From the NCBI GenBank assembly GCA_965178655.1, contig OZ238266.1, positions 1,578,295-1,642,294 of the forward strand: a stretch of 64,000 nt of DNA. Reading direction: 5' to 3'. The position numbers and the translations under genes were made by a program. The notes under the pieces were generated by a model, which worked only from the letters and a program-made list of their open reading frames with translations, did not search any database and was not told the DNA's origin. This document shows positions 25,494-34,668 of the stretch, piece by piece (within the stretch, counting starts at the first letter, position 1; each line of letters opens with the position of its first letter). Source of the stretch: Flavobacteriaceae bacterium (lineage in GTDB: Bacteria > Bacteroidota > Bacteroidia > Flavobacteriales > Flavobacteriaceae).

Positions 25494-26161
25494 TGAATGG
25501 CAATTAATTATACATAGAACTAGACTCCTCTTTGTTTAATTTACTGTCTTTTTTTAAAGGCAGTGAAATTTTATTAATAGAGTTACCCTTCCTTACAAAT
25601 ATACCTCTTATAAATCAGCTAAAAAACACCAAGTACTTGGTATTTTTTAAAACAACAAAAAAACATAACTAACTAGAATTCAGTAAAGTATGTTTTTTAT
25701 GTAAAAATTAGAAAATTTTAAAATGTCTAAAAACAATAGAAAATAGTAATCGGAATACTAAAAATAAAGTTGTTTTAAACACAACAGTATCTTTTTAAAA
25801 AAAGAGAGAGAGAAGTATTGTTAATTTACTGTTGTACTTTGTAAAAGCACCTGTTTAGCTTTGTGAATATACTAGTATATTTGCAGAAATTATCTAGTAT
25901 TTTTAATAAAATTATCTAGTATTTATTTATTTATAGAAATAGTACTATACTTATAAAACATAGTTAAACGCCCTTTAAAATAACGCTTGGTGGTAAGAGC
26001 TATAAATATACAAAAAAAAGTTCTAATAATGACTTTTATAGGAGGCTGTTGTAGTGCAAATTTTTATATTAAACACTTATAATAATAGCAGAGCTGTAGA
26101 GAAACAAAAACCAGACTTGTAAAACAAATCATTTTAAACAAGTTCTTGTTTTTTAATCACA

Positions 26162-28999
26162 CTAATGCGCTTCCAGCCAATTTAGACCGCTACCCAATTC
26201 CACATCTAGCGGAACAATCATTTTAAAAGCGTTTTCCATTTGTGTTTTTACCATGTTTTTTAACTGAATTTCTTCGGTTTTAGGCACATCAAAAACCAAT
26301 TCATCATGCACTTGTAAAAGCATTTTACTTTGGTAGTTTTCGGTATGTAATACTTTGTGTATGTTTATCATGGCCAATTTAATAATATCGGCAGCACTAC
26401 CTTGAATAGGTGCATTTACGGCATTTCGCTCATCGGCAGCACGTACAATTGCATTTTGAGAGTTAATGTTTTTTAAATAGCGCCTACGGTTTGATATGGT
26501 TTCTACATAGCCATGATCTCTAGCAAAATCTACCTGACCTGCCATATATGCTTTTAGCTTTGGGTAGGTTTTGTAATAATTATCTATAAGTGCTTTAGCT
26601 TCTTTACGGGGTATGTTTTGTTGTTGTGCAAGGGTAAAAGCACCTTGTCCGTAAATAATACCAAAATTAACAGCTTTAGCATTACTACGCTGCTCTCGTG
26701 TAACATCATTTAAAGGCACGTTAAATACTTTAGCGGCAGTGGCTGCATGAATATCTTCGCCGTTAATAAAAGACTCAATCATGCTTTCGTCTTTACTTAA
26801 GGCCGCAATAATACGCAGTTCAATTTGCGAGTAATCGGCAGCTACTAAAATGTGCTGCTCATCTCTAGGTACAAATGCTTTTCGCACTTGTTTACCGCGT
26901 TCAGTACGGATAGGTATGTTTTGTAAGTTAGGATTATTAGAGCTTAATCTTCCTGTAGCAGCAACCGCTTGATGGTAATCTGTATGTACCCGTTTTGTAT
27001 TAGGGTTTACCTGATTGGGTAGGGCATCTACATAAGTGTTTTGTAGTTTTATTAAACTACGCCACTTTAAAATATCTTGTATAATTTGATGCTCACCGAG
27101 TTTGCTAAGCACATCTTCGGAAGTAGAATACTGTCCGGTTTTTGTCTTTTTGGGTTTATCAACGAGTTTTAAATCTTCAAATAAAACAATACCCAGTTGT
27201 CTTGGCGATGCCAAATTAAACGTTTTATTAGCGGTAGTATAAATAGCTGTTTCAAGCGCTTTAATATCGGTAGATAAATCTGCCGATAGGCTATTTAAAA
27301 AAGTAACGTCTAGGTTAATACCTTCTAACTCCATAGCAGTTAATACAGGCACTAAAGGCATTTCTATAGTGTTGAATAATTGCTGGGTGCCTGTGTCTAA
27401 CAACTGTTTTTTAAATTGTTGTTTTAATTGAAAAACAAGGTCTGTTTGTTCTACAGCATAATTGGTTTGCTGTGTTAAATCAATCTCTTGTAATAGTTTT
27501 TGATTTTTACCTTTTTTACCAATAATACTATACAACTCAATAGTTTCATAGTTTAAATAGTTACTAGCCAAAACACTTAATCCGTGACGTGTGTCAGGGT
27601 TAATTAAGTAATGCGCTAGCGTAGTATCAAACATTGGTCCTTTTACTAAAATGCTATAGGCATCTAGTATTTTGCAAGTTGTTTTAGTATTGTGACTGAT
27701 TTTCTCGATAGCTTCGTTTTCAAAAAACGGACGCAAATCGTTTAAAAGTAATTGAGCGCTTTCTTGTGCTTTCGGAAAAGGAATATAGTATCCTTTATGG
27801 GCTTCCCAAGAAAATGCTATACCAATAATATGTGTTTCAAAAGCGTTTTGGGAGTAGGTTTCTATATGTACAGCAACGGCTGTTTGTTTTAGCAGTTGTT
27901 GTAAAAATAATTGCCTTGAAAAATCAGTATTAATATATTGATATACATGCGGACTGTTCTGTATGGTTTTATAACCATTATCTGCAAGCGCATCAGTATC
28001 ATTAGTATTGGCGCCAAATAATGAAAATTGTCCTTCTTCAGCGGTGTTTTTAGGTGTTTCTTTAGGTGCTTTGTTGGTGTCGTTAGTTGGTACAACAGTT
28101 TTAGCAACAGTATTGGTGTTGTAAATACGCTCAAAAGTTTGTTGTAGCCTTCTAAATTCAAGGGTTTTAAATAACGAGGTTACTTCAGCAGTATTCGGAC
28201 TCGATAATATAAACTCCGAAGCGTTAAAATTAACGGGGCAATCAAGTAGTATGGTAGCCAGTTTTTTTGACAACAAGCCAAGCTCGGCGTTGGCTTCTAC
28301 CTTTTCTTTCATTTTACCTTTTAAATCGGCAGTGTTTGCAAGTAAGTTTTCCATAGAGCCGTAGGCTTTTAAAAACTTTTTAGCAGTTTTATCGCCAACA
28401 CCAGGTAATCCAGGAATATTATCAACAGCATCTCCCATCATTCCTAAATAATCAATAACCTGTTCTGGGTGTTCTATTTCAAACTTTTTTTGAACCTCTG
28501 GTATTCCCCAAATTTCAATACCATTTCCCATTCTGGCAGGGCGATACATAAAAATATGTTCCGATACCAGTTGCGCAAAATCTTTATCTGGCGTAACCAT
28601 ATAAGTTGTAAACCCCTCTTTTTCGGCTTGTTTGGCAAGTGTTCCTATTAAGTCATCGGCTTCAAAACCAGCAACTTCTACTACCGGAATATCCATCGCT
28701 TTTAATAGCTGCTGTATATAAGGCACTGCAATTTTAATAGCTTCAGGTGTTTCTTGTCGGTTTGCTTTATACTCCGGAAACATATCGTTTCTAACATGAC
28801 TCCCGCCTTTGTCAAAACAAACGGCTAAATACTCAGGTTTTTCTTTTCGTAAAATTTCAAATAACGAATTGGTAAACCCCATTATAGCAGAAACATCCAT
28901 ACCCGTCGAGGTAATTCTTGGATTCTTAATAAGGGCATAGTAGCCTCTAAAAATTAATGCAAATGCATCTAAAAGGAATAGTCTTTTTGGTGTAGCCAT
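26162..28999 (-). CDS. polA: DNA polymerase I
   Basis: 945 aa. 5'-nuclease N-terminus, polymerase motifs DYSQIELR, RSNAKAVNFGIIYG and QVHDELVF. Confidence 0.97.
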   Translation of the reverse strand: MATPKRLFLLDAFALIFRGYYALIKNPRITSTGMDVSAIMGFTNSLFEILRKEKPEYLAVCFDKGGSHVRNDMFPEYKANRQETPEAIKIAVPYIQQLLKAMDIPVVEVAGFEADDLIGTLAKQAEKEGFTTYMVTPDKDFAQLVSEHIFMYRPARMGNGIEIWGIPEVQKKFEIEHPEQVIDYLGMMGDAVDNIPGLPGVGDKTAKKFLKAYGSMENLLANTADLKGKMKEKVEANAELGLLSKKLATILLDCPVNFNASEFILSSPNTAEVTSLFKTLEFRRLQQTFERIYNTNTVAKTVVPTNDTNKAPKETPKNTAEEGQFSLFGANTNDTDALADNGYKTIQNSPHVYQYINTDFSRQLFLQQLLKQTAVAVHIETYSQNAFETHIIGIAFSWEAHKGYYIPFPKAQESAQLLLNDLRPFFENEAIEKISHNTKTTCKILDAYSILVKGPMFDTTLAHYLINPDTRHGLSVLASNYLNYETIELYSIIGKKGKNQKLLQEIDLTQQTNYAVEQTDLVFQLKQQFKKQLLDTGTQQLFNTIEMPLVPVLTAMELEGINLDVTFLNSLSADLSTDIKALETAIYTTANKTFNLASPRQLGIVLFEDLKLVDKPKKTKTGQYSTSEDVLSKLGEHQIIQDILKWRSLIKLQNTYVDALPNQVNPNTKRVHTDYHQAVAATGRLSSNNPNLQNIPIRTERGKQVRKAFVPRDEQHILVAADYSQIELRIIAALSKDESMIESFINGEDIHAATAAKVFNVPLNDVTREQRSNAKAVNFGIIYGQGAFTLAQQQNIPRKEAKALIDNYYKTYPKLKAYMAGQVDFARDHGYVETISNRRRYLKNINSQNAIVRAADERNAVNAPIQGSAADIIKLAMINIHKVLHTENYQSKMLLQVHDELVFDVPKTEEIQLKNMVKTQMENAFKMIVPLDVELGSGLNWLEAH

Positions 29000-29122
29000 G
29001 GTTGTGTATTATGTGGTAAAGATAAAAATATATAAAATGTAACTACCGACGATTGTTAATTTTTATAAAATTAAAAAAACAACGCAACTACAATTTATTA
29101 TCTTTGAAAAAAATACACCTTT

Positions 29123-30358
29123 ATGTCACGCTTTTACATTGCCTTACTAATACTATCTGTTGTTTTTTTAGTGATCGAAATTTATGCCTTTCAAGCATTT
29201 AGAGTCCTTACTAAAAATAAGGTGCTTGCATTTGTATGGATTGTTGTTGCCTTATTAATATACGTGCAATTTTTTACAATGATATTTACTTACTCTCGTG
29301 CAGAAGGGCAAACAAAAGGGTTTCAATATTCGTTTTCAATATTGCTATTGTTTTTATTGCCAAAGTTAGTGTTACTACTTGCCATGTTTGGCGAAGATAT
29401 ATACAGAGTTTTTGTTAAGTTAATACGAGTGGTAACAGCTTCTGAAACACGTAGTTTACCAGGACGAAGAGCATTTGTAGCACAATTAGCGCTTGGTTTA
29501 GCAGCAATTCCTTTTGCGTCATTATTATACGGCATTGTAAAAGGAAAGTATAACTTTAAAGTGCTAAAATATGCTTTAGAGTTTGATGACCTTCCAGAAG
29601 CATTTGATGGGTTTACCATTACACAAATCTCCGATATTCACTCTGGGAGTTTTAAAGATAAAGACAAAGTGCAATATGCCGTAGATTTGGTTGCTAAACA
29701 GCAATCTGATATGTTGTTATTTACAGGAGATATAGTCAATAATAAGGCTGAAGAAATGACACCTTTTATAGATATGTTTAAAAAATTAGAAGCGCCTTAC
29801 GGAAAGTACTCCATTTTAGGAAATCATGATTATGGCGATTATGCAGAATGGGAATCTAAAGCCGCAAAAAAACAAAATTTTGAAGCCGTTAAAGCAATAC
29901 ACTCAAAAATAGGATTCGATTTATTATTGAATGACTCTAGATTTATACATAAAGATAATCAGAAAATAGCTTTACTTGGTGTAGAGAACTGGGGACAAGG
30001 TTGGAAAAAAGCGGGCGACTTAGAAAAAGCAGCTACTCATGTAAAAAAAGAAGATTTTAAAGTGCTCATGACGCATGATCCATCGCATTGGGAATATAAA
30101 GTTAAAAACGACCCTCATAATTATCATTTAACCCTAAGTGGTCATACCCATGGTTTACAATTGGGTATTGAAATACCGGGGTTTATAAAATGGAGCCCAT
30201 CAAGTTTAATTTATAAGCAATGGGCAGGGCTGTATAAAGAATTAGGACGATATATTAACGTAAATAGAGGCTTTGGTTTTCATGGTTTTTCAGGACGGGT
30301 AGGGATATGGCCAGAGATAACCGTTATACAGTTGAAGAAAGCAAATAAAAGTGTGTAA
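29123..30358 (+). CDS. Membrane-anchored metallophosphoesterase
   Basis: N-terminal TM helices. Motifs ISDIHSG, TGDIVN, GNHD and SGHTHG. Confidence 0.85.
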   Translation: MSRFYIALLILSVVFLVIEIYAFQAFRVLTKNKVLAFVWIVVALLIYVQFFTMIFTYSRAEGQTKGFQYSFSILLLFLLPKLVLLLAMFGEDIYRVFVKLIRVVTASETRSLPGRRAFVAQLALGLAAIPFASLLYGIVKGKYNFKVLKYALEFDDLPEAFDGFTITQISDIHSGSFKDKDKVQYAVDLVAKQQSDMLLFTGDIVNNKAEEMTPFIDMFKKLEAPYGKYSILGNHDYGDYAEWESKAAKKQNFEAVKAIHSKIGFDLLLNDSRFIHKDNQKIALLGVENWGQGWKKAGDLEKAATHVKKEDFKVLMTHDPSHWEYKVKNDPHNYHLTLSGHTHGLQLGIEIPGFIKWSPSSLIYKQWAGLYKELGRYINVNRGFGFHGFSGRVGIWPEITVIQLKKANKSV

Positions 30359-30499
30359 AAAGGCTTTTATAAGTTGAAATATAGTAGTATTTAATTTGCT
30401 GTTTGGAAGTTTATTTGTCTTAATGGCTTAAAAATGTTAACTTTGTGAGAGGTCGGTCTTTTTAGAGGCTGATATTGTAGCATTAAAAAACACGCGCAT

Positions 30500-30796
30500 A
30501 TGTCTAAATTTGGAAAATTAATTGATGCCACGGTTCCCGTATTATTAGATTTTTACACGGAATGGAATGAGCAGTCTGTAGCAATGCATCCTGTGCTTCG
30601 TAATGTTGCGGCGGCACTTGGTGATCGTGCAAAAGTAATTAAAATTGATGTAGATAAAAACGCAGAATTAGCTGAAGCACTTCGTGTAAAAGGCTTACCT
30701 ACATTAATGATTTACAAAGAAGGTGAAATGAAATGGCGTCAATCTGGAGAGCAAGATGCTAATACTTTAATAGGTCTTGTTCAAGAATACGCATAA
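30500..30796 (+). CDS. Thioredoxin-fold protein lacking the CxxC active site
   Basis: Aligns by eye to thioredoxin (VLLDFYTEW....KVIKIDVDKN..LA....V.GLPTLMIYKEGE), but WCGPC is replaced by WNEQS and the protein has no Cys. Confidence 0.7.
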   Translation: MSKFGKLIDATVPVLLDFYTEWNEQSVAMHPVLRNVAAALGDRAKVIKIDVDKNAELAEALRVKGLPTLMIYKEGEMKWRQSGEQDANTLIGLVQEYA

Positions 30797-30847
30797 TCTA
30801 TATTGCAGTTCCTAAATAAATAAGGGATAGCTTTTAATTACATTTAT

Positions 30848-30882
30848 AAAAAAAGGTGCAACTTTTAAGTTGCACCTTTTTT
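30848..30882. terminator. Bidirectional terminator between the trx-like and PiT genes
   Basis: A7-GGTGCAACT-ttta-AGTTGCACC-T6. Confidence 0.75.
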
Positions 30883-30903
30883 GGTATTAGTTGTTAGCGT
30901 ACT

Positions 30904-33159
30904 TTAGTCTTTGTACGCTTCTAACAAGCTCATTGTAGCTTTAATTAAATCCTTTGTTTCTAACAACAGACTAAAATATAGTGTGGTGTTTTTAGGACTA
31001 TCATCTTCAGTTCTTGTTCTAGATACTTGTTTCTTAATACGGTCATTTACTTCGTCTAGTAATTGTTGTTTCTCTGCCATAATAGCAGGGATATTATCAA
31101 AATCACGTTCAGAGAAAGTACTCTTTATTTTTCCAAACAATGTCTTTAACTGTTGCACAGTTTCTTTTAAGTCTTTAATCTGGTTAAAGCGTAACTTTAG
31201 GTGATTATTGTTTACATGCTTATGACTTGCTTTAGCAATATACTCTAGAGATTGCGACATGTCTTGTAAGTCTCCCAATACATTAATGTAAAAATCACTT
31301 GCTCCAACACTAGACTCGTCTAAGTTTTTAATGAAATAGAAAATGTTATCCTTTAATTCTTCAACCTCAGTATTTAACTTGTTTACTCCTTTTTTACTCT
31401 TTTTAAGTCCTACTAAATCTTGTTTAGCCAAACCATCTATAGTAGTGGTGTAAATCTTAGAAGCTCTACTTACAACGGCTCTAATGTTATCAGCACTTTC
31501 GTTAACAACACCTTGTATAGAACTGCTTTCCGCTTTATTAATACTGTCTTCTTCTTTTACAGCATTTGCTTTTTTACGGTGTGCTAGCATGTTTTTAATT
31601 AATAACATTGCAGTAAGAAGTAATAGTATAGGAACCATAACTTCTACATTCCAAGAAATTAAAAAGGCAACTGTAGCGGCAGCACAAAAGGCACTAATAG
31701 CAGTTAAGAACCATCCTCCAATAACATTTAATACTCCTGCAACTCTATATACTGCACTTTCAGCTCCCCAAGCTTTATCTGCTAAAGAGGTACCCATAGC
31801 TACCATGAAAGTAACATAGGTTGTAGATAATGGTAGTTTATATGATGTTGCTATAGAAATTAGTATTCCGGCAACCATTAAGTTTACAGAAGCCCTAACC
31901 ATATCAAAAGCAGGTAGCTCATGTGTTTTACCTTTAGCTAATGCAATTGTTGGCTTTTCAAATTGTGAATCAATCTTATTAGTAACAGCAGTTGGTAAAA
32001 TAGCCGAGAACCCTCTAGAAGCTAAAATAGAAACACGTACTAATCCTCTAGAAATAAAGTTTGGCTGAAAACGCTCTTTTGTTTCTCCTTGGCTAGATAG
32101 GTCTAAAGAGGTTTTTAAAACTTCTTTAGATTTTGATGATAACCATAAGGTAGCAACCATAATAATACTGGCAAGAAGTAACCAAAGTGTAGGTGTTGGT
32201 ACTTTTTTACCTAAGGCATCCATAGCAAATTCTGATGCTGGAATACCAGAACCATTCCATGCTTCAAACGATTGCCATCCTGCAATAGGAACTCCAATAA
32301 AGTTCACCAAGTCATTACCTGCAAAGGCAAGTGCTAATGAAAAAGTACCTACTATAATAATAAGTTTATAAATATTCTTCTTAAAGAACTTCATGAATAC
32401 ATAAGAGAATGCAGTCCAAAAAATAAAGAAACCGGCAACTAGTTCAGCAACAAATGTTTCTAAATAGGTCTTAATAGTTAGTCCGTTTGTAAAGTCAAAA
32501 CTTTTCTTAGCAAGGTCAGATCCTTTAATACCTTTCATTAATATAAAGTAAATCAATGCGGTTAAAGCAATACCTCCAAATAAAGCACCTACCCAAACGG
32601 CTTTCTTTTCGAAATGAAATGATAATAAAACACGAGATACATATTGTACAATAGCACCCACAGAAAAGGCTACAATTACAGAGAGTAGAATACCACCAAT
32701 AATTTGTTTTGCTTTAGAAGTGTTTATGTACTCAAATAAATCTGTGTATTGTTGTGTGCTGTCGGCTCCAATTTTTAATAAAGCAATACAAACAGCTGCA
32801 CCTAATAGGTTAAAAACAATAGAAACAGTTGTAGAGGTAGGCATACCTAAAGTATTAAAGATATCTAATAACAAGATATCAGTAATCATTACTGCCATGA
32901 AAATAATCATGATTTCATCAAACATAAAGTTTCCAGGAACAAAAATTCCTTTTCGGGCAACTTCCATCATACCACTAGAGAATAGTGCCCCACAGGCAAT
33001 ACCAATACTGGCAACAATCATAATTGTTTTAAATGATACTGCTTTTGATCCTATAGCAGAGTTTAAAAAATTAACGGCATCATTACTAACACCAACAACC
33101 AAATCGATTACCGCTAATACTCCTAGCGCAATAACCATTAAAAGATAAATATTATCCAT
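30904..33159 (-). CDS. PiT-family inorganic phosphate transporter with a long C-terminal cytoplasmic helical domain
   Basis: GVSNDAVNFLNSAIGSKA and a second GNDLVNFIGVP PHO4 repeat, many TM helices. ATG at 33159 (MDNIYLL) is preferred to the track start. Confidence 0.85.
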   Translation of the reverse strand: MDNIYLLMVIALGVLAVIDLVVGVSNDAVNFLNSAIGSKAVSFKTIMIVASIGIACGALFSSGMMEVARKGIFVPGNFMFDEIMIIFMAVMITDILLLDIFNTLGMPTSTTVSIVFNLLGAAVCIALLKIGADSTQQYTDLFEYINTSKAKQIIGGILLSVIVAFSVGAIVQYVSRVLLSFHFEKKAVWVGALFGGIALTALIYFILMKGIKGSDLAKKSFDFTNGLTIKTYLETFVAELVAGFFIFWTAFSYVFMKFFKKNIYKLIIIVGTFSLALAFAGNDLVNFIGVPIAGWQSFEAWNGSGIPASEFAMDALGKKVPTPTLWLLLASIIMVATLWLSSKSKEVLKTSLDLSSQGETKERFQPNFISRGLVRVSILASRGFSAILPTAVTNKIDSQFEKPTIALAKGKTHELPAFDMVRASVNLMVAGILISIATSYKLPLSTTYVTFMVAMGTSLADKAWGAESAVYRVAGVLNVIGGWFLTAISAFCAAATVAFLISWNVEVMVPILLLLTAMLLIKNMLAHRKKANAVKEEDSINKAESSSIQGVVNESADNIRAVVSRASKIYTTTIDGLAKQDLVGLKKSKKGVNKLNTEVEELKDNIFYFIKNLDESSVGASDFYINVLGDLQDMSQSLEYIAKASHKHVNNNHLKLRFNQIKDLKETVQQLKTLFGKIKSTFSERDFDNIPAIMAEKQQLLDEVNDRIKKQVSRTRTEDDSPKNTTLYFSLLLETKDLIKATMSLLEAYKD

Positions 33160-33370
33160 ACGTCTTAATTTTGTTTTTAAATAACGATGCAAACTTAACC
33201 GAAATAAAAAGGTTTAATGTTATGCTAATGTTATGAATTGATAAAATGTATGTTATATGTAGTGCTTTTTAGTAATACTAAACAGAATAAAGAACGCTTT
33301 TATTTTGCGTCGTTTTTTAGGAGATATAAAACACAAATAATGTATTTTTGTGTTTTAAAATTAGATAGTA

Positions 33371-34642
33371 ATGTTACAAGTACCCTTTATTAAAGAAAAC
33401 ACTGCATTAATTGTTGAGCGATTACAAAAAAGAAATTTTGATGCCGCAGCAATTTTAGATGAGGTTATAGCCTTAGATGACAAAAGACGCAGCACGCAAG
33501 TAAAGTTTGATGATTCACAAGCAGAATTAAACAAACTATCCAAAGAGATTGGTATGTTGTTTAAAAAAGGGGAAACACAAAAAGCAACCTTACTAAAAGA
33601 AAAAACTGTTCAATTAAAAGAGTCAAGTAAAGCGTTACAAGAAGTAGTTGCTGCAACACAAAAATCTTTAAATAACCTATTGTACACTATACCTAATGTA
33701 CCACATGAGTTGGTAAAAGCAGGAAATAGTGAGGCTGATAATGAAGAAGTTTTTGCTGCAGGACACATACCAGTATTGCATGACGGCGCACTACCACATT
33801 GGGAGTTGGCTAAGAAATATGACATTATTGATTTTGAACTAGGAAACAAAATTTCGGGAGCAGGATTTCCGGTATATAAAGGTAAAGGTGCACGTTTACA
33901 ACGCGCCTTAATTTCATATTTTTTAGATAAAAATGTAGCTGCTGGATATACCGAGGTTCAAGTGCCACACATGGTTAATGAGGCTTCTGCAACTGCAACA
34001 GGTCAATTGCCAGATAAAGAAGGACAAATGTATCATGATGCACAAGATGATTTGTATCTGATTCCTACAGGAGAAGTGCCAGTAACTAACATTTTAAGAA
34101 ACGATTTACTTTCGGAAACAGAATTGCCAATCTGTTTTACAGCATATACACCGTGTTTTAGAAGAGAAGCAGGAAGTTATGGTGCACATGTACGTGGATT
34201 AAATAGACTACATCAGTTCGATAAAGTAGAAATTGTACGTTTTGAGCACCCTGAAAAATCTTATGAGGCTTTAGAAGGCATGGTTGACCATGTTAAAAAT
34301 ATTTTAGAAGAACTAGCAGTACCTTATAGAATACTACGTTTATGTGGTGGAGATACTGGGTTTACAGCTGCAATGACTTATGATTTTGAATTGTTCTCAA
34401 CAGCGCAAGACCGTTGGTTAGAAATTAGTTCAGTATCAAATTTTGAAACCTTTCAGGCAAACCGATTAAAAGTTCGTTACAAAGACGAGAACAATAAAAA
34501 ACACTTGCCACACACATTAAATGGTAGTGCTTTAGCCTTGCCAAGAGTATTGGCAGGAATATTAGAAAATTGCCAGACAGAAAAAGGAATAAAAATTCCT
34601 GATTGTTTGGTGCCGTACACTGGTTTTGAGTACATTGATTAA
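33371..34642 (+). CDS. serS: Seryl-tRNA synthetase
   Basis: 423 aa. Coiled-coil N-arm and class II motifs (FRREAGSYG, GSALALPR). Confidence 0.95.
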   Translation: MLQVPFIKENTALIVERLQKRNFDAAAILDEVIALDDKRRSTQVKFDDSQAELNKLSKEIGMLFKKGETQKATLLKEKTVQLKESSKALQEVVAATQKSLNNLLYTIPNVPHELVKAGNSEADNEEVFAAGHIPVLHDGALPHWELAKKYDIIDFELGNKISGAGFPVYKGKGARLQRALISYFLDKNVAAGYTEVQVPHMVNEASATATGQLPDKEGQMYHDAQDDLYLIPTGEVPVTNILRNDLLSETELPICFTAYTPCFRREAGSYGAHVRGLNRLHQFDKVEIVRFEHPEKSYEALEGMVDHVKNILEELAVPYRILRLCGGDTGFTAAMTYDFELFSTAQDRWLEISSVSNFETFQANRLKVRYKDENNKKHLPHTLNGSALALPRVLAGILENCQTEKGIKIPDCLVPYTGFEYID

Positions 34643-34668
34643 TTTGAAAGTGGTTTTTTAAAACCTCC

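Noticed and set aside
25536-25832. A 12-nt direct repeat TTAATTTACTGT at 25536..25547 and 25821..25832
   Set aside because: It is short and A/T-rich in a tract with very low G+C, so it is compatible with chance. It is only noted in the context of the gene-free tract.
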